Source: an uncultured Candidatus Saccharibacteria bacterium (GTDB lineage: Bacteria; Patescibacteriota; Minisyncoccia; UBA9983). From it: a stretch of DNA of 57,813 nucleotides. The stretch spans positions 1 to 57,813 of the forward strand of contig CAYJQX010000005.1 of NCBI GenBank assembly GCA_964372755.1, written 5' to 3'. Position numbers and translations under genes: made by a program. Numbering within the stretch: the first letter of the stretch is position 1; each line of letters opens with the position of its first letter. Positions 1 to 9,295 of this stretch are shown piece after piece. The notes beneath the pieces were generated by a model that did not search any database, was not told where the DNA came from, and worked only from the letters and a program-made list of their open reading frames with translations.

Positions 1-14
1 AGGGAGCATAATTC

Positions 15-3000
15 TCAAGCAAATAAGCCAAGTTTTTGTGGGGCAATCCACTCATCGCTCGTGGTGGTGGCACCCGTCCCCGCCCATGCGATTTCGTTTA
101 TAACAATCGGCAAAGCGCGATATTCAACAGCAGTTGGAGAAGAACTCCCGTGATTATTTGAAGTATCCACCGCTCGGATTAAAAGATTATGCGCGCCTTC
201 GATTAAATTAATATTGGCCGAAAAACTGGTTGTCGTCGCCAAAATTGTTTCGCTCGGGAGTGTGTCAACAATTTCGTAATAGGAAATATCGGTGGAAGTG
301 GAGCTCCAAGAAAGAGTAGCGGTATTTTGAGTGATCAAACACCCGCCATCGGTCCGCAAAGTATAGTTGCAGTTTAAAACGGCAAAATTATCTACAGAGG
401 GCGAGACAGAATCTGTTATTGGCGTGACCGTGGCGGTGTTGCTAAAGACGGAAAAATTTTCATCGAGCGCCCAGTAAGAAAAATCCGTATCGTCATAAAC
501 TTCATCGCCTAATCCATCGGGATTAAGACCGCTGTGGTATGGTCCGCTCAAATCTCCCCACCAAGAGTTTTGGGCGTCTAAATTTTCACTCGTTCCGTTA
601 TAGAGACCGTAATCGGAATTGCCATAGAAAGAATTGTTTTCAAGTGCCAGAGAGCTCCCGTAATAATCCAAACCTATTTCATTGTCATAGAAGCGACTAT
701 CGGAAACATCGGCAGAACTGCTGTAAAAAGATGCTCCCGCGCCGTCAAAACCGAATACGGAAACATTGTCTAGAACAACACTCGGTGAGGAATAAAAAGA
801 AATACCATTGGATAAACCGCCGGAAAAAATGGAGTTTAGGATGTTAGCCCGTCCGCTATAGACACCGAGGGAGTCGCCTGAAGACACCGTTACGCCCTCC
901 AAAGAAACCAAAGAGTTGTTATAAGCTCCAATAGCATCTCCGAAAAGAAATCCACTGAAAGTTGAGTTGATCGCGTTTAGGGAACTGGAAGCATAAAGGG
1001 CAATGCCGTCTCTCAAAAAATCCTTAAAAGAAGAATCGGAAACAGACAAAGACCCGCCGGAATAAACAGAGAGGCCATCGCGCCAATTTTGGGCTTCTAC
1101 ATCTTCAAGAGAAAGATTTACAGCCTCTGTTTCTATTCCAGCTTTCAAATTTTTTATCTCGGCGTTTTTTATGGATGAACCTTCTGAACCGGAATAAAAA
1201 ATAAAACCTCCAGCGCGAATCTGGGAAAAAAACGGAGCCTCGGCTGGTTTTATCGTTACAACTTCTCCTCCAATCTCCCCTATTGAAACCAATCCATAAG
1301 CAAAAAGACAAGCGCAAGTGGAGGAATCCGGGTCGCTGAAATAAAGAGTAACGCCCGGCTCTATTTGCAGAGAGCCCGAGGCGATAATGTTCTGTGGGGC
1401 AATTATGTAAAAAGGCGAACGCGAAGATTTTAATACGACAGCCGAAGATATTTCTCGTCCGGCGTTTACCATCATATTCCTGCCATTTCTCCCTCCGGGC
1501 GTGCCTTCTACCGACGAATTGCCGGAATCCTCAAGACTGGAAAAAAACGGGTCGGCCTGCGCCCAGTTATTTTCATCTTCGCCCGAAAATTCATAATCTA
1601 TCCTCTCAACTCCGCCGATAAAGCCCGGGTTCGCCCAAGATTCATTTCGAGGCGGTGTTTTGTCCACTACTTCCTCCCTATATTTCAAAACAAGACTTTC
1701 CTCGGAAATATCGGCCAGGGAAAAATCTTCATTGGTAATGAAATCGGCAGGCAAGTTTAAAATAGTGTCATCCGAACTCCATTCAATAACATAGTAATTT
1801 CCCGCTCCGATAGTTCCCGAAAGAGGAATGTTTAAAGTGCTTGAAGAAGAAACAAGTGACCACTCATCTAGGCTTATTTCATTCTCGCCATAATTGTAAA
1901 GCTCCAGCCAATATCCGTCCGGATCGGACAAGGTGCCGTTCCAGGCGATTTCATTAATAACCAAGGTTTTCGGACTCTCTTCCGCCTCCGCTTGTATTTC
2001 TGTTTCTGAATCGTCAAGAGAAACAGGCGCCCCCCCGCCAAAGCCGGGAAAATAAGAGGGAGGGTTTGGAGGCTTGTCTTTATTGCTTGGAGGCAAAATA
2101 TCAGGAGGCTTCGGGACATTTAATATTTCTTCAACGGGAAGAGGATTATCATCTCCAATCGTTTTTTGAGGAAGAGAAACTTTTGGTAACAAAACAGGAT
2201 TTTTTGGCACAACAATGTTTTGACTCAAAATTGGAGAAAGCACGCTGGCAGTTTGAGGCTTTATTCCCGAAACCCGCAAAACCTTAGAAACCGTTTCTCC
2301 TATTTTGTTGGAAGCCGATTGGGCCATTTCTTTGGCTTTGGCATAAGCGCGGTTTATCCTGAAGGCTTCCCCGACGGGAGAAAGGATGGATTGGGTAAAA
2401 GTTTCCAAACGATTTAAAACCACCGGAGGCGCCACAGCCTCTTTGTCTTTTTTCACTTTCTCCACTTCGCGAAAAAATAAATCTATCACTCCCGCGCCAG
2501 CCAAAACGGCTCTCTTGGAAAGAAAATCAAAATACTGGGAAAGAATTTTTGGATCGTTGATGGTGTATTCGTAATCGAAATTATCAGAACCTTTTTTTCT
2601 TGTTTTAATAGCTAAAGAAATTTTTTTTCCATCTATAAAACCAATGAGATTAGAAACATTCTTGTCTATTTGCTCCACCTCCACTACAAGAGGATTTTTA
2701 TACTTATCATCCCCTATCGTCTCCTCACTAAAAAAATTCTCATTGCTATATTTTGCCGTATATTCAAAAGCTTCTCCGACGGATGAAAAAACAGGCGCGG
2801 AAACTTTGTTTTTTATAAGCTCTTCGGCCGTCTGAAGATTACGACTATTGGTGTGCTTCTCCACCCATTCTTCGTAAGGACTTCCCGGATCTCCCGCGAC
2901 ATGAGGATGGGAGTCGTTCCTCGTATGGTCGGGTACAGTAGCATCCTGTATCAGATGAAGGATATGCCCCAAAGATTCCAAACCTTCTTTCTCTCTACCT

Positions 3001-3470
3001 TGCGCAAAATCATGCACGGCCTTTTGCCAAGAATGGTCTCCGCCGTAGAGAGAAAATTTGAGCTGATCAAAAGAAGATTCCGCCCATTTCTTTGAAGGCA
3101 TGGGCTTTTGGGAGACGGAGACAAGATTAAAAACGGTTTTCTGGATAGACTCCTTGTCATAAGGTCCCCAGCGCTCTCCCGTCCATCCCTCGCCCGTTGT
3201 AGGGTCGTAGAAGTGGTTTATCCATCTCGGCTCCAAATCTTCTTCTATCGTCCCTTTTCTGATTGTTTTGACATTTTCTCCGCTAATTTTCTTGGGAGAA
3301 AAACCGTTGTAAAACTCAACGGATTCTTCCGACAAGTCGGGATGGGTAAAGGCGGGAGAATAAGCCAAAAGGATGGTAAAAAACAAAATACCTCCCAAGA
3401 CGGAGAGGATGGCTGAATACATGAAAAAATATTTTTTCATAACCTGTTTTACAGGAGAGTGATTTTCCAA
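15..3470 (-). CDS. Secreted multidomain protein: Zn-dependent phospholipase C/P1-nuclease-like domain, Pro-rich linker, lamin-tail domain, right-handed beta-helix, Ig-like domain, truncated second lamin-tail domain
   Basis: N-terminal hydrophobic segment; HFYDP, LGHILHLIQD, HTRNDSH and YEEW motifs; LVINEIAW...WLELYN lamin-tail motif, repeated at the C-terminus as IVINEIAW...DEWI just before the stop; periodic Asn/Gly/Ser beta-helix region. Confidence 0.7.
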   Translation of the reverse strand: MENHSPVKQVMKKYFFMYSAILSVLGGILFFTILLAYSPAFTHPDLSEESVEFYNGFSPKKISGENVKTIRKGTIEEDLEPRWINHFYDPTTGEGWTGERWGPYDKESIQKTVFNLVSVSQKPMPSKKWAESSFDQLKFSLYGGDHSWQKAVHDFAQGREKEGLESLGHILHLIQDATVPDHTRNDSHPHVAGDPGSPYEEWVEKHTNSRNLQTAEELIKNKVSAPVFSSVGEAFEYTAKYSNENFFSEETIGDDKYKNPLVVEVEQIDKNVSNLIGFIDGKKISLAIKTRKKGSDNFDYEYTINDPKILSQYFDFLSKRAVLAGAGVIDLFFREVEKVKKDKEAVAPPVVLNRLETFTQSILSPVGEAFRINRAYAKAKEMAQSASNKIGETVSKVLRVSGIKPQTASVLSPILSQNIVVPKNPVLLPKVSLPQKTIGDDNPLPVEEILNVPKPPDILPPSNKDKPPNPPSYFPGFGGGAPVSLDDSETEIQAEAEESPKTLVINEIAWNGTLSDPDGYWLELYNYGENEISLDEWSLVSSSSTLNIPLSGTIGAGNYYVIEWSSDDTILNLPADFITNEDFSLADISEESLVLKYREEVVDKTPPRNESWANPGFIGGVERIDYEFSGEDENNWAQADPFFSSLEDSGNSSVEGTPGGRNGRNMMVNAGREISSAVVLKSSRSPFYIIAPQNIIASGSLQIEPGVTLYFSDPDSSTCACLFAYGLVSIGEIGGEVVTIKPAEAPFFSQIRAGGFIFYSGSEGSSIKNAEIKNLKAGIETEAVNLSLEDVEAQNWRDGLSVYSGGSLSVSDSSFKDFLRDGIALYASSSLNAINSTFSGFLFGDAIGAYNNSLVSLEGVTVSSGDSLGVYSGRANILNSIFSGGLSNGISFYSSPSVVLDNVSVFGFDGAGASFYSSSADVSDSRFYDNEIGLDYYGSSLALENNSFYGNSDYGLYNGTSENLDAQNSWWGDLSGPYHSGLNPDGLGDEVYDDTDFSYWALDENFSVFSNTATVTPITDSVSPSVDNFAVLNCNYTLRTDGGCLITQNTATLSWSSTSTDISYYEIVDTLPSETILATTTSFSANINLIEGAHNLLIRAVDTSNNHGSSSPTAVEYRALPIVINEIAWAGTGATTTSDEWIAPQKLGLFA

Positions 3471-4006
3471 ACTTTGCTGTATTTATTTAAGTCAAAAATA
3501 ATCTGGCCTTTATATTCACCAGGTTTTATTTTTTCCTTAAAGCCAAATTTATCAGTCAAAATAACTTCTTTTTCAACTAAAAAAGTGTACCTAACAGTCG
3601 CGTGAGTTTCCCAATCGTTATATTCGTCGCGCACTTCTTCAAAAGTTTCCCTCGCCTCTTTCCAATTTTCCACTTGTTTCGCGAGTGCTCCGTCATTTTT
3701 CATTTTGTTTAATTTCGCAAGCCACTCGTCCTGCTTGTCCAAAACAAAAAACCGGCTCGCTTTTTCGGTGTCGCCGGCCTCGAGCGCCTCCAGAAACATA
3801 TCAAAAGTCTCCTGTGGCGTTTCCCCGCCATAAATATCGGCGGAGTATATTTTGGAAATTTCCTCGTTTGCCCTGCTTATCCGCCACTGCCCCAGCCAGC
3901 GCAGAAATGTTTCCGAAGTGGTGCCGTATAAAATAACCAGCGAGACAAAAATAACAATCAGAAACCCGATGGTGAATTTCCAAAAAGTTTTATCGAAGTA
4001 TTTCAT
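3449..4006 (-). CDS. Membrane-anchored hypothetical protein (NTF2-like fold possible)
   Basis: ORF 3449-4057; start moved to ATG 4006 (MKYFDKTFW) because the longer N-terminus lies in a repeat element; one N-terminal TM segment. Confidence 0.7.
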   Translation of the reverse strand: MKYFDKTFWKFTIGFLIVIFVSLVILYGTTSETFLRWLGQWRISRANEEISKIYSADIYGGETPQETFDMFLEALEAGDTEKASRFFVLDKQDEWLAKLNKMKNDGALAKQVENWKEARETFEEVRDEYNDWETHATVRYTFLVEKEVILTDKFGFKEKIKPGEYKGQIIFDLNKYSKVWKITLL

Positions 4007-4010
4007 GGTA

Positions 4011-4117
4011 ACGACGCTAATACACGAATAATACAGGCGAATGAACACGAATAACAAAGAAGGGGGCCAAATCTGATACTACATTAGTGTTATTGGTGTT
4101 CATTTACATATTGGTGC
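4011..4117. repeat. Inverted-repeat element copy A (empty, degenerate right arm)
   Basis: acgacgctaatacacgaataatacaggcgaatgaacacgaat...attagtgttattggtgttcatttacatattggtgcgg; matches copies at 17469, 38929, 53612 and 55162. Confidence 0.85.
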
Positions 4118-4120
4118 GGG

Positions 4121-4939
4121 TTACTTAACCGACCCTTTTTCCTTTTCTAACGTTCCCGCCAGAGCCGTATTTCCTGCCGCTTTGGCGATTTCTATCGCTT
4201 TGTCGTAATAAACAAGAGCCTCTGAATTCATTTTTGTCTCGGCATAATATTGAGCCAAGCGGACATGTAAATCCAGAGATTTGGGATTTTTTTCAATACC
4301 CCGTTTCAAAATATCATCAGCTTGATCGGACTTTTGAAGATACGAGAAACGATATAGATCATGCAGGGACAAATACGCTGGTATATAGTCGGCTTTTATC
4401 TCCAACCCTTTCATCAAATTTTTCTCCGCTTGCGGATAATCTTTGAGGTAGAAACGATACAGGTCGCCGAGATTCATATAAACCACTTCGTATTGGGGTC
4501 TATTCAGAGAAACGAATTTCCAAATCTCCTCGGCTCCTTTATAATCTCCGATATTTTTCTTGTATGTCCCCAAATCCATCCAATGGCTGATGAGGGTATT
4601 GTCTTTTTTCAGGACCTCGGATATTTCTTTGATCTTATCCGTATAAAACTTCTTTTCCTCCTCCGATAAAGAAGCGGTAACAACTATCAGCTTTGCAAGA
4701 TCAGGGGCGACCCCTTTGAGCTTGTCGGAAATAATTGTAACGAAAGGGGCACCCTCTTTGTTTGTATTATCATTTTTCGGGTCGCCTGATATATCTTTAT
4801 CTTTTTGGGAGTTTAAATTCTCCGCTTTTTCCTTGTTAAAAATCTTGATATCCTGCCATGAAAAATATGAAATACCGCCAACCACCAAAACCAAAAGAAG
4901 GATCGATAATGCCAGTTTTATTTTTTCTGATTTCTCCAT
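4121..4939 (-). CDS. TPR-repeat protein with N-terminal membrane anchor
   Basis: Helical repeats (YMNLGDLY...AEKNL; YLSLHDLY; HVRLAQYY...ALVYYDKAIE); hydrophobic N-terminus. Confidence 0.85.
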   Translation of the reverse strand: MEKSEKIKLALSILLLVLVVGGISYFSWQDIKIFNKEKAENLNSQKDKDISGDPKNDNTNKEGAPFVTIISDKLKGVAPDLAKLIVVTASLSEEEKKFYTDKIKEISEVLKKDNTLISHWMDLGTYKKNIGDYKGAEEIWKFVSLNRPQYEVVYMNLGDLYRFYLKDYPQAEKNLMKGLEIKADYIPAYLSLHDLYRFSYLQKSDQADDILKRGIEKNPKSLDLHVRLAQYYAETKMNSEALVYYDKAIEIAKAAGNTALAGTLEKEKGSVK

Positions 4940-5045
4940 AAAAACATTATAGATAATTCCAAAGAGAAGAACAATACTCTATCTTGATATTCAATTTTGC
5001 AAAAAATCTTGAAATAAGTTTATTTTCTATGTTTTAAAGACAAAC

Positions 5046-5077
5046 GAAAACCCCCTGTCGTTCGACAGGGGGTTTTC
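5046..5077 (-). terminator. Intrinsic terminator downstream of S-layer-like gene
   Basis: gaaaaccccctgtcg-t-tcgacagggggttttc inverted repeat with flanking A/T tracts. Confidence 0.8.
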
Positions 5078-5133
5078 TTGATTAACCCAACTCTATCACA
5101 AGTAAAGCTGGATTAATTCCGCAAAACCGGAAA

Positions 5134-8100
5134 CTAGTTAGACTGCAAGACTTCCTGGGACATGTTGTCGGTTGGAAGACCTGGCAACTGATAACCGTTG
5201 GTGAAGTCAAGATTTGCAATGTTGATAGTCGTGCTGGTTGAGTTTGGAGACCAGATAAAGTCATCACTGGCATCTCCATCTGTGCCAGAAGCCGTGTTCA
5301 TGAGAGTTGAAGCGTTTACTGGAAACGCAGCGTCACCTTCAAGCTGTACAGAGATGCTGTCTATGTTGGTCGTACCGCTTTCAACATTAGTCACCGTACC
5401 CTGAAGAGCGAAGTATCTAGTAAGACCCGCACCTATGGTATAGGTGGTCGTGGCACCATTACATGACGTTGAGTCTGCATAAATCTCTACGGCTCTAGGA
5501 CCAGCACCTGTGGATTGTAGGCCGTTGAAACATTGTCCGGCGTTAAATCGTCCGTTGGATGCGAAGGTCGTATCCAAGTTTGAGAAACTTGAATCTCCGT
5601 AGATCAACACCGTATACAAGGATGTCGTGGCCGCTAGAGTAGATGAACCCATCTGGAAGGTAAACTTGTAGAGGGAAACATCTCCGCCGTTGGCTGTCAC
5701 AGAAAACTTGTACAAGTTTTTGCCTGCTGTTGTTCCAGCCGCTAGAACTTTTTCCGCGCTCGTCAAAGGAATGTGAGCAAATGTCGGATACGCCTTCATG
5801 ATCCTGACTCCGGATGAAGCTGTGTCGCCTGATGTCGGTGTTCGGGTAGAACCTGAAGACACGCCCGTTCCGTAGTTACCGTTCAAACCGTTGTTGTTGC
5901 CATCGTAATCGACAGCTAACAAATCGCCTGAAGCGGTAAGAGGACCTGAGGCAGACACTGCCGCAATATCACCCTTTACAACCAATATCTTGCTACCGTC
6001 TCGAGGAATTATAAAGGTTCCGGAAATCGTGCCCGTAGCGGTGTCTGCTGAAGGAAATACGGCGCTACCGACTTTTACTCCATCCGTTGTCCAAAGGGTA
6101 ACTGTGCGTCCTACAAGATCAGTAGGCGTGTTGGAAGCCACCGAGCTAAGCTGGAGAGCAACCTGTCTCAAGCTAATGTCTTCGTTTGTAGCCGTAAACT
6201 TAATTCTTGAAAGCTCAACACCAGTCGCTCCGGCGGAGACGATCTTATATGAAGGGCTCGAAGAATCAAGGGAAGAAGCAAGAGTTCCGCCAGCAGAAGC
6301 TGTCATTAGCTGACCTTCAGAATCGGTTACTGTTTCTACAATAGTCTGACCACTTGTAAGACCGGTGACACCGGTGTAAGTCGTAGCGGTATCGTCTACT
6401 GCTCCATCAATACCCCATTCGTAAGTTCCCGTTGCGCCTCCGGCAACATCACATTTCAATGTAACAGTCTTTGGCGATCCTTTTGAGACAACCAAACCTG
6501 TGCCATCAAAAGTGAAGGATGTTGAAGAAGAAGCGGCTGAAGGATTCTTAACGTTAGAACCTGTTGTTACTGCCGTAGTTCCGTCGTAAAGCTGACAGTT
6601 CGTAAGGTCGGTAGCCGATCCACCGCCACCTACGTTGTATTCAAGCGGTATTGAGGTAACGCGAAGATCTTCTCCTGATGCTGTTGCGTCAAGAATATAG
6701 TTGGCAAAAACAAATTGTTTTGAATTTGCTATAACATTCTGCGCGATAGGAACAGGAGATACGCTGATAGACATAGCTCCAGACTTTACAGTCATCGTGT
6801 TCAAGGTAATCGCAGAGCTTGGTGTCGGGGTAATCGTGTTTCCAGTAACCAAACCACGGACTGTAGCCCAGTCGTTGTTAGGCGTTGTGGAAGCGGCGAT
6901 AGTTACATTGTTGTCAATGTCTGTCCCGATTTTACCTCGCAATTTATAGACGCGAAGACCCGGCTGGAAGGTAACGCTGTCTGTAAAGACAACGGAACCG
7001 TCGCCTGATCCAGAAGTATTAGCGCTATCTGCGGCAGTACCGTCTACTGGGCCTGCAACCACAGAACCGTTTTCATCTACGATGGTAACATTGGTAATGT
7101 CGTCAACATCATCATTAGCTCCCTCGGAGCCAAGAGTGATATTGAAACCGATTCTACCCACAGAGATAGCCTCGCCTTTTACATCAACAGTAAAGGAACC
7201 CAAAGGCTGGTTCGCCAAGTTTAGAGCGATGTTTTGAGCAGGATCAGCGCTTGAAGTGGAAATCTGAATGGTTCCCGCGCTTACTGTAACCTGCGCGGCA
7301 TCATACCATGGGTCTTCAGATGAACTGAAAGCCGCGGTATCAGCCGTAGGAACAGAAGATCCGGTCTGAGGAGGGACAATGCCCCACCCGTAAAGCTCCC
7401 CGACAACATCGATATCTGTTCTCTTCGCGATGTCAAAATCCACTGTTCTTCCAGACCCTCCAATCACATCTCCTTTAATGGAAACCTCTTTGGAAAATCC
7501 TTTGTCTATAAGGATGCCTTTGCCTCCGTTATCAGTAAATTTGGTAACATAGTACTTTCCGTCGGAAGAAACAACCGTGTCGTAAGCAACCCCCTCAACA
7601 TAAGTTTTCATCATTCCAAGGTCTCCGGAGCTTACGGAACCTGTCTGGTTCCATCTGATACCTTTCAAGTAAACCTTTTCAGCGGAACCGGCCGTAACCT
7701 TCACGGAAGAGAAGGTATAACCAGAAGCATCGCCTACGGATTTTGTTACCGAAGAGCCTGGATCAAGAGAGCCTCTCTGCATCGTTACTGTTCCGATTGT
7801 AAGACCTTCGTTGATCGTGTGCGCAGCTCCTACTGTTATAGGAAGAGATCCGGAAACTGCGGCGCTGGTGTTGACACTCACAACAGCCAAACCGACAACC
7901 ATGCCTGCATGAGCAGCTGTGGTGCCTGACGGTCTGTTAGCGCCAATAGTAAGTGTTCGGCTCGTGCCTTTCTTAACCACTATCGGGTCGCCAACCGTTG
8001 CTTGGTGGCTCGCGTTAAGGGTTTTTGAAATACCAATTTGAGCTCCGTCTTCATCCAAGAGAACTACACCGTCCAAGGATGCGTCTACAGAAGGACCCGT

Positions 8101-8826
8101 TCTTTCTACCGTCACGCTGTTTACGGTAACATCTCCGTCATTTCCAGCGGTAAGAACGAATCTAGTGAAAGGAATCCTTGCTGCTCCAAGAGGAGCAAGA
8201 GCGGCTGCCGGCTGTGTTGAAGCGGCGGCTACCGTTAAGCCGGTTCCAGCTGTTGGAACTGGCGTTGTGCCTGTGCCTGTTCCGGTTCCAGTGCCGGTAC
8301 CCGTGCCTGTTCCCATAGAAGCATATTTTGCTCTAGAGATAGGACCGAAGTAACCGGAAGCTGGAGAAACTCCGGAAGCTGCCTGCCATTTTATAACAGC
8401 AGCCTTTGTTGCAGGTCCGAAGAACATTGTTTCATTTCCCGGAGAACCCGCGCCAGAGGCGGCAACTTGAAAACCGTTTGCATTTAATGTTTGTTGCAAG
8501 CACTTTACATCTTCACCCGTAGATCCTACTTGAAGATCCCTAGTGAAAGTACATGTTGCGCCTGTTGTCATCGATCCGCCAGTTGACGATGTAGGAGCAC
8601 CTCCCGTAAGAGAAGCTTTTACATTTGCAACCACGCTCGCATCAGCTCCAAAGGAGTTCAAAAGAGCAAGAATTGCGTCAACCTGTGTCTGGGTCAAACC
8701 TGCTGCGTGAGCGGATCTGGCGCCAGATGGAACGAGTGCAACGAATCCAGCGATAACCAATGCCATCGCAAGACCCACAAAAACAGAAGTCATTTTACCG
8801 ACTCTATTTTTTAAAAATTCACTCAT
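5134..8826 (-). CDS. Large S-layer-like surface protein with peptidoglycan-binding domain
   Basis: 1230 aa; signal peptide; FTRDLQVGSTGEDVKCLQQTLN...FGPATKAAVIKWQ PG-binding motif; (GT)n linker; Ser/Thr/Gly-rich beta-sandwich repeats. Confidence 0.8.
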   Translation of the reverse strand: MSEFLKNRVGKMTSVFVGLAMALVIAGFVALVPSGARSAHAAGLTQTQVDAILALLNSFGADASVVANVKASLTGGAPTSSTGGSMTTGATCTFTRDLQVGSTGEDVKCLQQTLNANGFQVAASGAGSPGNETMFFGPATKAAVIKWQAASGVSPASGYFGPISRAKYASMGTGTGTGTGTGTGTGTTPVPTAGTGLTVAAASTQPAAALAPLGAARIPFTRFVLTAGNDGDVTVNSVTVERTGPSVDASLDGVVLLDEDGAQIGISKTLNASHQATVGDPIVVKKGTSRTLTIGANRPSGTTAAHAGMVVGLAVVSVNTSAAVSGSLPITVGAAHTINEGLTIGTVTMQRGSLDPGSSVTKSVGDASGYTFSSVKVTAGSAEKVYLKGIRWNQTGSVSSGDLGMMKTYVEGVAYDTVVSSDGKYYVTKFTDNGGKGILIDKGFSKEVSIKGDVIGGSGRTVDFDIAKRTDIDVVGELYGWGIVPPQTGSSVPTADTAAFSSSEDPWYDAAQVTVSAGTIQISTSSADPAQNIALNLANQPLGSFTVDVKGEAISVGRIGFNITLGSEGANDDVDDITNVTIVDENGSVVAGPVDGTAADSANTSGSGDGSVVFTDSVTFQPGLRVYKLRGKIGTDIDNNVTIAASTTPNNDWATVRGLVTGNTITPTPSSAITLNTMTVKSGAMSISVSPVPIAQNVIANSKQFVFANYILDATASGEDLRVTSIPLEYNVGGGGSATDLTNCQLYDGTTAVTTGSNVKNPSAASSSTSFTFDGTGLVVSKGSPKTVTLKCDVAGGATGTYEWGIDGAVDDTATTYTGVTGLTSGQTIVETVTDSEGQLMTASAGGTLASSLDSSSPSYKIVSAGATGVELSRIKFTATNEDISLRQVALQLSSVASNTPTDLVGRTVTLWTTDGVKVGSAVFPSADTATGTISGTFIIPRDGSKILVVKGDIAAVSASGPLTASGDLLAVDYDGNNNGLNGNYGTGVSSGSTRTPTSGDTASSGVRIMKAYPTFAHIPLTSAEKVLAAGTTAGKNLYKFSVTANGGDVSLYKFTFQMGSSTLAATTSLYTVLIYGDSSFSNLDTTFASNGRFNAGQCFNGLQSTGAGPRAVEIYADSTSCNGATTTYTIGAGLTRYFALQGTVTNVESGTTNIDSISVQLEGDAAFPVNASTLMNTASGTDGDASDDFIWSPNSTSTTINIANLDFTNGYQLPGLPTDNMSQEVLQSN

Positions 8827-9179
8827 AAATTAATTTTTTAATAAATAACCTAACTACTAATATATTCGCGCGATATCGTTTTTGGTTGGTTTCGACTTAT
8901 GCCAACTTAAAATACCGCGCAACGTCCTGACTAATTAACTTGTTCTCCTTATTAGAGTTTTCTAAAAATATTTAGAAATTCCCCAACTTAAGAACAGCCG
9001 ATTTCATTTTGATTTTCTTATCCTCTTCTTTACAGAAAAAATAAACAGAATGTTTTTCATTCCAAGTCTAATTTTTTGAGTCAAACAGAATTTAACTCCC
9101 TATTTAGATGTCAAAGTTCTGGAAAGTAAAAAGTATCTTCCACATTATAAATCCAGCTAAATGGCCAACAAAGCAGTAT

Positions 9180-9188
9180 TGTGGATAA
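9180..9188 (-). promoter_or_regulatory. Single consensus DnaA box
   Basis: tgtggataa on + strand = TTATCCACA; isolated, no cluster. Confidence 0.35.
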
Positions 9189-9295
9189 CTGCTCCATAAA
9201 AACCTTCTAGCGAATTTTTGATACTGTGGTCAACACGTTTTCTACCCTGCAATACTACTATATTGGGCCAACAAAAGTCAACGCCAGCCCCGAAA

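Noticed and set aside
8262-8316. (Thr-Gly)n run in the S-layer protein as a phase-variable microsatellite
   Set aside because: Codons are varied (aca/ggc/acg/ggt/acc/ggc/act/gga), so there is no perfect DNA tandem repeat; an ordinary linker
9136-9190. Replication origin
   Set aside because: Only one perfect DnaA box, no cluster and no dnaA/dnaN nearby
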